Source of the DNA: an archaeon | GTDB lineage: Archaea; Methanobacteriota_B; Thermococci; Methanofastidiosales; NM3 | Length of the DNA: 60,881 nt | Reading direction: 5' to 3' | Assembly: GCA_004212155.1 (NCBI GenBank) | Contig: RXIG01000011.1 | Span: 1-60,881, forward strand | Shown here: piece by piece, positions 8,282 to 18,197 of the stretch | Numbering within the stretch: position 1 is the first letter of the stretch | Layout of the letters: every line of letters starts with the position of its first letter | Notes under the pieces: generated by a model | What the model saw: only the letters and a program-made list of their open reading frames with translations | Databases searched by the model: none | Told to the model about the DNA's origin: nothing | Translations under genes and position numbers: made by a program

Positions 8282-9787
8282 ATGGACTTAACTGTCAAGG
8301 CCTTTGATCTGGAGGCAGGAAAACGATACACCGTCATCCTCAATGAGCGAGACATGCTCAACGATCGCATACATCCCGGCGACCGCGTGAGCGTATCCGG
8401 TCCGGATGGCACCATCACGGCATTTATCACGTCAACAGAACGCATCATCAAAAAGGGCGAGGTCGGCCTCTACGAGGAGGTGACCGCTAAGACCGGGCTC
8501 AAAAACAAGGACGTTGCCACGGTCGAGTATTCTCCTCCGCCCTACTCCGTGCAGGCGATACGTCACAAGATGAAGGGAAAGAAGCTCACCAACGAACAGA
8601 TCTTTGACATCGTGCACGACGTCGTCGAACAGAATCTGAGCGAGGCCGAGATCGCCGCGTTCCTCGTCGCACAGCAGACCGTCGGCATGGACATGGACGA
8701 GACGGAATATCTTACCAGGGCGATGGCCGACTACGGCCAGAAGGCCGATTACAAGAAGACGACGTTCACGAAGCATTCTGTGGGCGGCGTGCCTGGCGAC
8801 TCGAAGGTATCCATCATCAACGTGCCCATCGTCGCTGCGGCGGGGCTGTTCATACCAAAGACATCATCGCGTTCGATCACGTCGCCTTCGGGCACGTCCG
8901 ACACGATGGAGGTGCTTGCAAACGTTGAGTTCTCCATCGAGGAGATAAAGCAGATCGCACAGAAGTCAAACGCAGCTCTCGTGTGGGGCGGTTCACTCAA
9001 CATGGCGCCTGCCGATGACCTGCTCATACGCGTCGAACGGCCGCTCAAGCTCGATCCGCTCTCCCAGATGCTCGCATCGATCATGTCAAAACAGGTCGCA
9101 AACGATGTTGACTTCATGCTGCTTGACATTCCCGTAGGGCCCGAGGCGAAGGTCGAGACCGAGCGGGAGGCGCGGGCGATAGGCGCCAAGTTTAGCGACC
9201 TTGCAGAACGCCTCGGCATCACGCTGCGTACGGTGCTCACCTACGGGGGACAGCCAGTCGGCCATGCGATGGGTCCGGCGCTCGAGGCCCGCGAGGCGAT
9301 CCTCACCCTCCAGAACAAGGGACCGCCAAGCGTGACGGAAAAATCGATCGCGCTCTCCGGCGTCATGCTTGACATGGCGGGGCTGACACCCCCGGGGCAG
9401 GGCACGGAGATGGCGCGCGAACTGCTCACATCGGGCAAGGGCCTTGAAAAGCTCAGGCAAATCATAGAGTTGCAGGGCGGAGACCCCAAGGTGAAGGTAG
9501 AAGACATCGCTGTGGGCGACAAGACGTTTGACATCCTCTCCAAGGGGCAGGGATATATCACAAGCATCTCCAACAGCGCCATATGCAAGGTCGCCCACCT
9601 CGCAGGCGCGCCAAAGGACAAGGGCGCTGGTGTCTATCTTCACAAGAAGGTGGGCCACAGCGCGAAGAAGGGAGAGGCACTCTTTACCATCTACTCTGAG
9701 AGCGAGAAGAAACTCGATGACGCCATCACCTATGCCCTCAAGCACCAACCGGTGAACATCGAGGGCATGATCATAGGGGAGCTTTAG
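8282..9787 (+). CDS. AMP phosphorylase (archaeal thymidine-phosphorylase family)
   Basis: N-terminal beta-barrel extension; KHSVGGVPG, IPKTSSRSITSPSGTSDTMEVL, GAPKDKGAG; 501 aa. Confidence 0.92.
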   Translation: MDLTVKAFDLEAGKRYTVILNERDMLNDRIHPGDRVSVSGPDGTITAFITSTERIIKKGEVGLYEEVTAKTGLKNKDVATVEYSPPPYSVQAIRHKMKGKKLTNEQIFDIVHDVVEQNLSEAEIAAFLVAQQTVGMDMDETEYLTRAMADYGQKADYKKTTFTKHSVGGVPGDSKVSIINVPIVAAAGLFIPKTSSRSITSPSGTSDTMEVLANVEFSIEEIKQIAQKSNAALVWGGSLNMAPADDLLIRVERPLKLDPLSQMLASIMSKQVANDVDFMLLDIPVGPEAKVETEREARAIGAKFSDLAERLGITLRTVLTYGGQPVGHAMGPALEAREAILTLQNKGPPSVTEKSIALSGVMLDMAGLTPPGQGTEMARELLTSGKGLEKLRQIIELQGGDPKVKVEDIAVGDKTFDILSKGQGYITSISNSAICKVAHLAGAPKDKGAGVYLHKKVGHSAKKGEALFTIYSESEKKLDDAITYALKHQPVNIEGMIIGEL

Positions 9788-9799
9788 GGGGGCAAAAAG

Positions 9800-11578
9800 A
9801 TGCAGATACAATGGTTAGGGGGAGCACGCGAGGTTGGACGCTCGTGCGTCTATGTGAAGGAGGATAATTTCAGCTGTCTTATCGACTGCGGCGTGAAGCT
9901 CTCGTCAGAGGACATGTACCCACGCCTGTCGGGCGTCAACTTCTCCGAGCTCGACGCGATCATCGTCTCCCATGCACATCTGGACCACAGCGGCTACGTG
10001 CCGTTCCTTTTCGAACACGGTTACGAGGGGCCCGTTTATGCGACGCATCCAACGCGCATGATATCAAAGGTCATCCAAGACGACTTCGCCAAGATACAAA
10101 AGCATGAGACAGGGTGGGCCCCCTACTGGCGCGATGACGTGCGAACGACGAAAAAGCATACGACCGCCCTCGACTACAAGGAAAAGATCGAGATCGGCGA
10201 CAACATCTTCCTCAGCTTTCTTGATGCGGGCCACATCCTCGGATCGTCCCAGGTGCTCCTCGAGACGCCCTCGCAGCGCCTCCTCTACTCTGGCGACATC
10301 AACATGTCGCCCACGCGCGTCATGAACATCGCGGACACGAGCGAATGGGCCGACACGGTCATACTCGAGGCGACATATGGGGGGGACAACGACATACATC
10401 CACCACTGTCAGAGAGCGAGTCGCGCCTCATCGACGTGATAGCCGAGACGGTAAAAGAAGGGGGAAGGGTCGTCATACCGGTCTTTGCCATCGGACGGGC
10501 CCAAAACATTCTCATGACCCTCAAGGATGCGTGTGAGAGGGGAAAGATTCAGTGCCCCATCTATATGGACGGCATGCTCAAGCGCATCAATGATATCTAT
10601 GACGATTATCCCGAATGGATGAACGAGTCGATGTATGCGCTCTTCAAGGAAGGCAATCCGTTCGAATCCCCTTTCTTTTCCAGTGTGGACAACAGGAAGA
10701 GGATCCTCAATCAATCGGAGCCGTCGGTCGTCGTTACAACGGCAGGCATGATGTCGGGCGGTCCCGTGCTCTCATACCTCAATCACTGGGCAAAAGACCC
10801 CAAGACAACGTTTGCTCTCGTCGGGTATCAGGTCGAGGGGACGCTTGGCCGCATGCTAATCGACGGCCAGCGCCACGTCACGGTCGACGACAAGCCACTC
10901 GATGTGAGCGCACGCATCGAGCATATCACATTCTCGGCCCATGCCGACCACGACGGGCTCCTCACGTATGTGGACAGCCTGCCGAAGCCGCCAGAGAACG
11001 TCTTTCTCAATCATGGGGAGGGCGAGAGCCTCGAGAGCATGACACGGGCGCTGGGTGACAAGGCCACCATCGCCGAACCACTCAAGGTCTATACGCTCAA
11101 AGAGTCGCGCTCCGGATTCGTCCCGATCGAACCCTCGCTCACCGAGGAGCTGTTGCACCTCGTGATCACGACACCGCGCGATGAGATCATCAAGACATAC
11201 ATGATACGCATGATCCAGACCGCACGCCAGACCGTGCGCATCGCGGGATATGTCGACACCGCCATCGCCAACGAGATGATCGGGGCGCTCAGGCGGGGCG
11301 TCGAGGTAAAGATCATCTACCGCCATCTCACGCGGCCATCGAATCGCGAGGCGTACAATCTCCTCTACGAGAACGGGGCGAAGATACGGGAGAACAGGGA
11401 CATGCACGCCCGTATCGTGATAAGCGACAACAGGTATGCGTTCATATCCTCTGCCGACCTCACGCGCGACAGCTTCTATGACCACTATGAGGCAGGATTC
11501 CTCGCCAAGGAGGACGAGGTCGTGCGCAAGACGGTGTCGTTTTACGACAAGGTGTGGGACGAGTCATACGTGCCATAG
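9800..11578 (+). CDS. Beta-CASP metallo-beta-lactamase ribonuclease (no KH domains) fused to a C-terminal PLD-like domain
   Basis: GGAREVGRS, SHAHLDH, AGHILGS, YSGD, FSAHAD, NHGE; last ~150 aa 'LRRGVEVKII...MHARIVISD...SSADLT...EAG' follow the PLD pattern. Confidence 0.85.
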   Translation: MQIQWLGGAREVGRSCVYVKEDNFSCLIDCGVKLSSEDMYPRLSGVNFSELDAIIVSHAHLDHSGYVPFLFEHGYEGPVYATHPTRMISKVIQDDFAKIQKHETGWAPYWRDDVRTTKKHTTALDYKEKIEIGDNIFLSFLDAGHILGSSQVLLETPSQRLLYSGDINMSPTRVMNIADTSEWADTVILEATYGGDNDIHPPLSESESRLIDVIAETVKEGGRVVIPVFAIGRAQNILMTLKDACERGKIQCPIYMDGMLKRINDIYDDYPEWMNESMYALFKEGNPFESPFFSSVDNRKRILNQSEPSVVVTTAGMMSGGPVLSYLNHWAKDPKTTFALVGYQVEGTLGRMLIDGQRHVTVDDKPLDVSARIEHITFSAHADHDGLLTYVDSLPKPPENVFLNHGEGESLESMTRALGDKATIAEPLKVYTLKESRSGFVPIEPSLTEELLHLVITTPRDEIIKTYMIRMIQTARQTVRIAGYVDTAIANEMIGALRRGVEVKIIYRHLTRPSNREAYNLLYENGAKIRENRDMHARIVISDNRYAFISSADLTRDSFYDHYEAGFLAKEDEVVRKTVSFYDKVWDESYVP

Positions 11579-13119
11579 CCGTCCCCAACGGCGCGTTCGA
11601 CGCCCGTGACGCTTCGCAGCATATGGTCGGTCACGGCCACGTCGACACACCGATCGAGACCGATACGCCCTTTTATGCCTACGACGAGCGGGTAGGTGCC
11701 GACCTGCCTGCCAAACGTCGTCTTGCCGTCATAGATCTCCGTGCGAACGCCGCTAATGGACGTGCCCGTTGGCACGATGCGCCTGAGCATGGGGAGATCG
11801 ATCTCGTGGCGTACCTCTGAGCGCCACTTCCAGTAGCGTTTTCTGTTCTTCTTGAGATATTTCAGCCCGCATTCGCGCTCAAGGCGCGTGCCGGGAAAGA
11901 CGACGACCTCGCGAATGTTGATCCTGCGCAGCATCAGCCCCTCGTCATAGACGGCGCGAAGCGACGAGAGATTCTCCTCGTGGGTACGACGCGACTCGCC
12001 CATGAGCCCGAAGAGGAGGTTGATGCCGGGAAGGAACGAAGGCATCCCATTCGCACCACGCCGGGCACCATAGCGATTGATGATGCGGATCGCATCCATG
12101 ATGACCTCAGGCGAGGTCGAGAGGTCGTTTCTGTCGATGACAACGGGGTCGAAGCTCTCGACGCCCAGGCTGGCCACGTTGCCGGGAGAACAGTACGCAA
12201 CGAGCGCCTTCGTCTTGTCCTCGGTGACATAGAGGGGATTCGCGTTGTCGACATGGAGCACGTCACAGAGCGGCGAGAGCGATTTGAGAAGCGTTGCGAG
12301 CTGCTGGTACGAACCGTACGAATAGATGCATGTCTGCTTGCCGAGGCGCACGTTGCGCAGGCCTGCGCGCGAGAGTGCGCGGACCTCGTCGACGATGTCC
12401 CGGGCGGGTCTCCTGCTCACCTCGGGGCTTTTCAAATGCTCGGTGCAAAACGAACACGGAGGGTTCTTTTGGCAACCGCTCATCGTCTCGACCTCTGCGA
12501 TGTGAAAACGAAGGTCGTGCGGGAGGTGTGAGACGATGCCCGCGCCGCGAACGGCGATGTCGCGAAGCGCATCGTAGCCAATCGCGACGTCGACATCGTC
12601 AAAAAATCCGTTCATCATGAGCTCGGCGACCTTGAACTCCACATGTGCCACGACAAGGTCGTACAGTGCCGTGTCCGTCGAGGTCGACCGCGCACGCTTG
12701 CCGCCCCACAAGCCGGATCCGCCAAGCGCTGCCGGGCCAGTCAATACGGTGCGTCCACGAACGTCAAGCTGCAAGAGGAGGGCGTGTGCCTCCTTGGACG
12801 TGCCGGGGTATGCAGAGAGGTACTTGCCGGGCGAGTGCACGCCGGCGATGACGAAGACGACATCGCTTGAGGCGAGTGCCTTGTGCGCTACGGGGGCCGA
12901 AGGCGTGATGTTGCGGGTGGCAATCGGCGTCCTCATGGCCTGTTCGAGGTCGGTCGTGCCGCGCACAGCTGCACGGAGGTCGTCGATGGTGAGATAGAAC
13001 GTCTCGACACCTGCCATGTCAAGCGCGCCGAAGAGGTAGCGAGGATACGTTCCTATATAGGGCATCACGCCCAGCCCAGAGGGCTCGTCGGTATAACAGT
13101 CGACTATCGTTGCGCGCAT
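11542..13119 (-). CDS. Archaeal radical SAM protein with C-terminal TRAM domain
   Basis: Family-typical start MRATIVDCYTDEPSGLGV; extended Cys motif GCQKNPPCSFC; LPGINLLFGL, RRINIR, FGRQVGTYP; start trimmed from the ORF track. Confidence 0.8.
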   Translation of the reverse strand: MRATIVDCYTDEPSGLGVMPYIGTYPRYLFGALDMAGVETFYLTIDDLRAAVRGTTDLEQAMRTPIATRNITPSAPVAHKALASSDVVFVIAGVHSPGKYLSAYPGTSKEAHALLLQLDVRGRTVLTGPAALGGSGLWGGKRARSTSTDTALYDLVVAHVEFKVAELMMNGFFDDVDVAIGYDALRDIAVRGAGIVSHLPHDLRFHIAEVETMSGCQKNPPCSFCTEHLKSPEVSRRPARDIVDEVRALSRAGLRNVRLGKQTCIYSYGSYQQLATLLKSLSPLCDVLHVDNANPLYVTEDKTKALVAYCSPGNVASLGVESFDPVVIDRNDLSTSPEVIMDAIRIINRYGARRGANGMPSFLPGINLLFGLMGESRRTHEENLSSLRAVYDEGLMLRRINIREVVVFPGTRLERECGLKYLKKNRKRYWKWRSEVRHEIDLPMLRRIVPTGTSISGVRTEIYDGKTTFGRQVGTYPLVVGIKGRIGLDRCVDVAVTDHMLRSVTGVERAVGDGYGTYDSSHTLS

Positions 13120-13144
13120 GTAGTACACCACACGATGGTCACGC

Positions 13145-14137
13145 TCAGCTCTCAACACGGAAATGGCGCATATCCTCAAACGCCGGGTCGGTGCGGATGC
13201 GCTCCACAAGCGAAGCCTTGAAATCCTCCATGTCGGATGGATCGGCCGCCGAGACGTGGTAGTCGGCATCGAGTTGCTCATGGTCGAGGTCGATCTTGTT
13301 CTGTATGACGATGCAGGGCATGTCGCCGAGATTGGAGCGTATGTCGGCAAGGAGGTTCCACTGCTCTTCAATCGTATACGCGCTGTCCCGCGACCCGTCG
13401 ATGACAAAGAGTAAGATGTTGGCAAGATGCCTGATGGCAGAGATCGCCTTGCGCTCGATGGTGTTGCGTTTGGCAAGCGGCCTGTCGAGGATGCCGGGCG
13501 TATCGATGACATAGACGCGTTGATACTTGATGTCCATGGTGCCGATGTTGATGCCGGTGGTCGTGAAGGGGTACGATGCGATGACGGGGTGCGACTCGGT
13601 CAGGGACGAGAGCAGCGACGACTTTCCAACGTTGGGGTACCCTGCGATCACCACCGTATAGTCCGATGATGAGACGGGCGGGATCTCGTTGAGCCGCGCA
13701 AGCATGTCGTTGAACTCCTCGATGGTGGGCGAGAGGCTGCGCATGAGCGATGCGTACTTGCCATACGCATCCTTTCGGAAGCGTATGATGTTTTCCTCAC
13801 GGGCGGTCTTTTTGATCTTTTTAAGGCTTGTTTCGCGCACCCGTTCGATGGCAGTGATCGTGCGCCTGAACGTGGCGAGATGGTCGTAGACGACACCCAC
13901 GCCAACAAGCGTATCGACCATTGCCCAGTTGAAGTCGTCGAGGCGGTCGATGTCGGGGAATCGGTCAAGGACCTTGTAGAGCGACCCGACGATGACGCTT
14001 CCCGCACGTATGACCTTCTCACTTTCGCGTTTCTGGATGGCGCGCAACCCGCGGCCCTTCACCGAAATCTTCGCGCCGCGGGAGAACGCCTTGTTCACGA
14101 TGGTGTCTGCAGAAATAAAGGGGACGCTACGAAACAT
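13145..14137 (-). CDS. NOG1-family GTP-binding protein
   Basis: GYPNVGKSS, YPFTT, DTPGILDRP, NKID. Confidence 0.9.
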   Translation of the reverse strand: MFRSVPFISADTIVNKAFSRGAKISVKGRGLRAIQKRESEKVIRAGSVIVGSLYKVLDRFPDIDRLDDFNWAMVDTLVGVGVVYDHLATFRRTITAIERVRETSLKKIKKTAREENIIRFRKDAYGKYASLMRSLSPTIEEFNDMLARLNEIPPVSSSDYTVVIAGYPNVGKSSLLSSLTESHPVIASYPFTTTGINIGTMDIKYQRVYVIDTPGILDRPLAKRNTIERKAISAIRHLANILLFVIDGSRDSAYTIEEQWNLLADIRSNLGDMPCIVIQNKIDLDHEQLDADYHVSAADPSDMEDFKASLVERIRTDPAFEDMRHFRVES

Positions 14138-14799
14138 CAGTAATCACCCACGATGCCAAAGCGCGCGCTGTGCAACCGTTTGCCGAAGTATGCGACAATG
14201 CCCGGAGGGTCGATGCCTTCAGCACACCTGAGGGCAAACGACGCCTCACAGATACGTATGATCGTGAGGGAACGCGCAAACGGCGAGTTGGCGATGGCGC
14301 CCTCGAGCTCCGACCGCCTTGTGCCGGCAATGAGGATGGTACCATCGATCAGATATCGCTCCATCCATTCCGCGGATGGCCTGGCCCACACGCGCTCGGT
14401 GCCCACCTCGACCTTCGTGAGCTCGACATCGATGCACAACCCCTCGACGAGCCCGTAGTGGGCGATATAGTCCCTTGTGGACCACTGGCCGCCAAAGGCC
14501 TCGCGCAATGCATGAAGGGGTATGAGGGCATCGGTGTCCGACCCTATGTCGCAGTAGAGGCCAAATCCCACCTTTCCCACGTCAACAAGCTTTCCAGTAT
14601 AAACGGAAAGCGTCAGCTCGGAGAGCGGGTGACCTACCCGGTAGGTGGTCGCGAGGTAGTTATACATGACCTCCTCGTCCTCGCCTTCGAAATCGACGAT
14701 GGTGTATCTGTCCTCATGTTTTACCGTGAACGTCACATCGAGATCGAGTTGCCGTTCGATGTCATGGCGCGTCACGGGGTCTAGTAGCGCGATTTTCAC
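14137..14799 (-). CDS. DUF2110 family protein
   Basis: GKLVDVGKVGFGLYCDI and C-terminal 'GIDPPGIVAYFG'; usual position downstream of tfe. Confidence 0.7.
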   Translation of the reverse strand: MKIALLDPVTRHDIERQLDLDVTFTVKHEDRYTIVDFEGEDEEVMYNYLATTYRVGHPLSELTLSVYTGKLVDVGKVGFGLYCDIGSDTDALIPLHALREAFGGQWSTRDYIAHYGLVEGLCIDVELTKVEVGTERVWARPSAEWMERYLIDGTILIAGTRRSELEGAIANSPFARSLTIIRICEASFALRCAEGIDPPGIVAYFGKRLHSARFGIVGDY

Positions 14800-14948
14800 G
14801 TATAGTGCTCGCTGCCCCCCTTTATAAGATTACTTATAGAAATGAAGCGCACATGAGGGATACAGTATGGATTGCGGCGAGTGAAAAGCACAATGAACGT
14901 ATAAAAAAAACGAAGCGGCAAAGGGTAAGAATTAAGAAAAGTGGGAGA

Positions 14949-15455
14949 TCAAGCGATCTCGGCCTGGCGTTCCTTGAGATTAGAAATCTCCTTCTCGAGG
15001 CGTTCGATGATCTTGGTGTTATCAAAATACTCGAGCGACTCGCCGCATGTGGGGCACTTGAATCCGACATCCTGTGCATCGGTGAACGAGAAGCGCAGGC
15101 AGTTGTTCTTGCATATGAAGTACATGCTTGCCGTCTCGTGCTCGAGGCGTTCCTCGAGGCGCTGGAGGTAGTCTGACTCCATGCCCTTCACAATGTCGGG
15201 TGCCTTGTCGAGGTCGAGCTTCCAGTAATAGATATACCAACCCGTGTTCTTGTCCCTGGTTCGCCTGTACGAGGCCAGGCGGTGGTCATACAACTTGTAC
15301 AAAACCTTTCGAACATCGTTAATCTTCATGGTCGTCTCTTCGGCCAACTCCTCGGCCGTGGATTCCTTGGTGCCGATGATCGAGGCGATCTCGACTCCTC
15401 CCTCTCCAAGGAGGTCTTCTAAAAACTCGAAAATCATAGTGTCAACATCATTCAT
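14949..15455 (-). CDS. tfe: Transcription factor E (alpha)
   Basis: wHTH 'INDVRKVLYKLY...RDKNTGWYIYYW' plus Zn ribbon 'FKCPTCGESL..DN'. Confidence 0.95.
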   Translation of the reverse strand: MNDVDTMIFEFLEDLLGEGGVEIASIIGTKESTAEELAEETTMKINDVRKVLYKLYDHRLASYRRTRDKNTGWYIYYWKLDLDKAPDIVKGMESDYLQRLEERLEHETASMYFICKNNCLRFSFTDAQDVGFKCPTCGESLEYFDNTKIIERLEKEISNLKERQAEIA

Positions 15456-15761
15456 GAAATCACCGAAAATGCGTACGAAGTACAAAGAAACTATATATAA
15501 ATTATACGGTTCGCCACTATTTATATTTTTCGTAAAAACGTGGGGCACAGACCTTATTTATTCAACGATAGACGTACAAAAATATCCCAATAATAAAAAC
15601 CAAAACCTTTATATATGCATACGAAGATAGATATTTTCAATCTTAAATAAAGTAAATACATGAATTATATCAAAAAATAAGCATATATTTTCTTTTTTAT
15701 GTACACACTACATATATAGGCAATCCACGATTATGATAAGAAGATTATATGGTGAAAAACG

Positions 15762-16208
15762 ATGATAGAGATAAAGGACTACAACGAATTGAAAAACGAG
15801 GGTGCCGAGATTTCCCTCGATGATATCGTCACGTTCCTCCACGACCACCTCGACAGATTCAGGGATTCGAAGCCAGACATCCGAAAGGCACTCGACTATG
15901 CGCTCTCCGATGCCGAGGGCATGGGAGGATTCATCCTCATTGCGAGGGAGGAAAAAGACATCGTCGGCGCACTGGTCATGAACGAGACCGGCATGTCGGG
16001 CTATATCCCTGAAAACATCCTCGTTTACGTCGCTGTTGACGCCTCGCGCCGCGGCAAGGGCATCGGCGGAAAGATCGTCAGGGAGGCGCTCGAGCGTGCG
16101 AAAGGCGACGTCAAGCTCCACGTCGAGCACGACAATCCGGCAAAACGCCTCTATGAACGCCTCGGATTCACCTCAAAGTATGCAGAGATGCGCTACAGCA
16201 AGAGGTAG
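15762..16208 (+). CDS. GNAT N-acetyltransferase
   Basis: VAVDASRRGKGIG acetyl-CoA motif; LHVEHDNPAKRLYERLGF; SD GGTGA. Confidence 0.9.
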   Translation: MIEIKDYNELKNEGAEISLDDIVTFLHDHLDRFRDSKPDIRKALDYALSDAEGMGGFILIAREEKDIVGALVMNETGMSGYIPENILVYVAVDASRRGKGIGGKIVREALERAKGDVKLHVEHDNPAKRLYERLGFTSKYAEMRYSKR

Positions 16209-16213
16209 ACACG

Positions 16214-17302
16214 ATGGCGACGCTCAATATCTACCCAGAGCGCATCATATCAAACATTGAAAAACTACAGGACCACCTCACACGACACGGGAAGAGCTGG
16301 ACGCTTGTCACCAAGGTATTGAGCGGGCACAAGAAGACGCTCGAGGCACTCATCAATCACGATGTTTTCACCCACATTCATTCGGTCGGCGATGCGCGCA
16401 TCTCGAGCCTGCGCACCATCAAGGATGTCAATCCGTCGGTCAAGACGATGTATATCAAGCCGCCCGAGCTTCGCTACGTGAAGCAGGTGGTCAAGTACGC
16501 AGACTATTCTCTCAACACATCGCTTGACACCATCAGGGCGCTCAACGAGGAGGCGCGCCAGCAGGGAAAGACACACCGCGTGGGCATCATGATCGAGCTG
16601 GGCGAGCTTCGCGAGGGCATCCTCGGAGAGACCGTCACCGACTTCTACGAGAAGGTCTTCCAGATGTCAAACATCGAGGTATGCGGGCTTGGCACGAACC
16701 TGGGCTGTATGTTTGGCGTCGAGCCGACAAGGGACAAGCTCGTGCAGCTCTGCCTCTATCAGCGACTCATCGAGGCAAAGTACGACCAGTACCTCGGCAT
16801 CGTCTCGGGCGGAAGCTCGATAACGCTGCCGCTTCTCAAGCTCAAGAAGGTTCCGGCGTGCATCAATCACTTCAGGATAGGCGAGGCTGCCTTCTGTGGC
16901 ACGTCGCCGTTTGACAACAAGCGCTTCTCCAAGCTCTCGACGAACACGTTCGAGTTCACGGCCGACATCATCGAGCTCTACAAGAAAGAGGTCACGCCCG
17001 ATGGCATCATCAACGAGGGCAACGTCGGCCATGTCGCGCCCCTTGAGGACGACAGTGGAACCGAGAAGGCGTACAAGGCGATACTCGACTTCGGGATGCT
17101 TGACGTCGATCATTCGTCACTGCAACCAAAGAACAAGGACCTCTCGTTTGTCGGCATCAGCTCCGACATGGCGGTCTATGACATCGGAAAGAACGAGAAG
17201 AGCGTCAGGGTGGGTGACAAGATCACGTTCAATCCCACCTACCTCGCCGTTGCCAAGCTGATGCATTCGAAGTTCATCGCGAAAAACATCATATCGCGCT
17301 AA
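16214..17302 (+). CDS. Alanine/ornithine racemase-family PLP enzyme (fold type III)
   Basis: VTKV PLP lysine; ELGELREG, GTNLGC, SGGSS, HFRIGEA, SSDM. Confidence 0.82.
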   Translation: MATLNIYPERIISNIEKLQDHLTRHGKSWTLVTKVLSGHKKTLEALINHDVFTHIHSVGDARISSLRTIKDVNPSVKTMYIKPPELRYVKQVVKYADYSLNTSLDTIRALNEEARQQGKTHRVGIMIELGELREGILGETVTDFYEKVFQMSNIEVCGLGTNLGCMFGVEPTRDKLVQLCLYQRLIEAKYDQYLGIVSGGSSITLPLLKLKKVPACINHFRIGEAAFCGTSPFDNKRFSKLSTNTFEFTADIIELYKKEVTPDGIINEGNVGHVAPLEDDSGTEKAYKAILDFGMLDVDHSSLQPKNKDLSFVGISSDMAVYDIGKNEKSVRVGDKITFNPTYLAVAKLMHSKFIAKNIISR

Positions 17303-18183
17303 TGCTCAAGATTGTCGCAAAGGCATTGTTCGGTCTCAAACGCGATCGTCACGTGCGTGATGCCGAATCGCTTGCGCAGCATCTCCTGCATATCCCTCAC
17401 TATTGGGTCCGTGTCCCGAACCCTCATCTCTGCGACCCTCACGTGTGCGCTGAGCGCGTAGTGGCCCGGGCCGATGACCCATACGTGGAGGTCGTGAACG
17501 TCCCTGATATCGTTGTGGGCGAGCATGGCCGCACGCACGTCCTCGATATCGATATGTGACGGCACCGACTCGAGGAGAATGTCGGCAGCCTCCTTGAGCA
17601 CAGAGTACGCACCGGAGAGAACGATAAGGCCGATGACGATGCTGATGAGTGGGTCGATGAGGTAGAAGTCAGTAAGGGTCATCACGATGCCGGCCACGAG
17701 CACGCCGCCCCACCCAAGCGCATCCTCGCTCATGTGCCAGTAGATGCTTTTGAGATTCACGTCATGGCGCGAGGCTCTGCGAAGGCGCCAGACGATGTAT
17801 CCGTTGGCGACGATGCCGATGATGGCGACGGCGAGCACGTAAGTGCCCTCGACCGGCTCGGGCGAGAGGATGCGCCCGTAGGCGCGGTAGAAGATGAAGA
17901 GCGTGATGAGAACGAGTCCAATGCCGTTGACAAACGCCGCGAGTATCGTCGCACGGTGATATCCCCATGTCCTCTGATTGTCAGAGGGGGTCTCGGCGAA
18001 CCGCGTGGCCCACCAGGAAAAGACGAGTATCAGGGTGTCGGTGAAGTCATGCGCGGCATCGCTGACGAGGGCGAGGCTGTTTGCAAAGATGCCGACGACA
18101 AGCTCGACGACGGTAAACAGCCCGTTGACGATGATGCCCTGGAGGATCGAACGGCGGGACCTGCCGTATTCATGCTTGTGCAT
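17299..18183 (-). CDS. Cation diffusion facilitator (CzcD-like) transporter
   Basis: SLALVSDAAHDFTD, TWGYHRA, HMSED, VHDLHVW; six hydrophobic segments. Confidence 0.92.
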   Translation of the reverse strand: MHKHEYGRSRRSILQGIIVNGLFTVVELVVGIFANSLALVSDAAHDFTDTLILVFSWWATRFAETPSDNQRTWGYHRATILAAFVNGIGLVLITLFIFYRAYGRILSPEPVEGTYVLAVAIIGIVANGYIVWRLRRASRHDVNLKSIYWHMSEDALGWGGVLVAGIVMTLTDFYLIDPLISIVIGLIVLSGAYSVLKEAADILLESVPSHIDIEDVRAAMLAHNDIRDVHDLHVWVIGPGHYALSAHVRVAEMRVRDTDPIVRDMQEMLRKRFGITHVTIAFETEQCLCDNLEH

Positions 18184-18197
18184 GGCCCCACCCCACT

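Noticed and set aside
13120-13512. N-terminal extension of the 656-aa radical SAM ORF
   Set aside because: Overlaps the NOG1 gene out of frame; the family-typical start is at 13119
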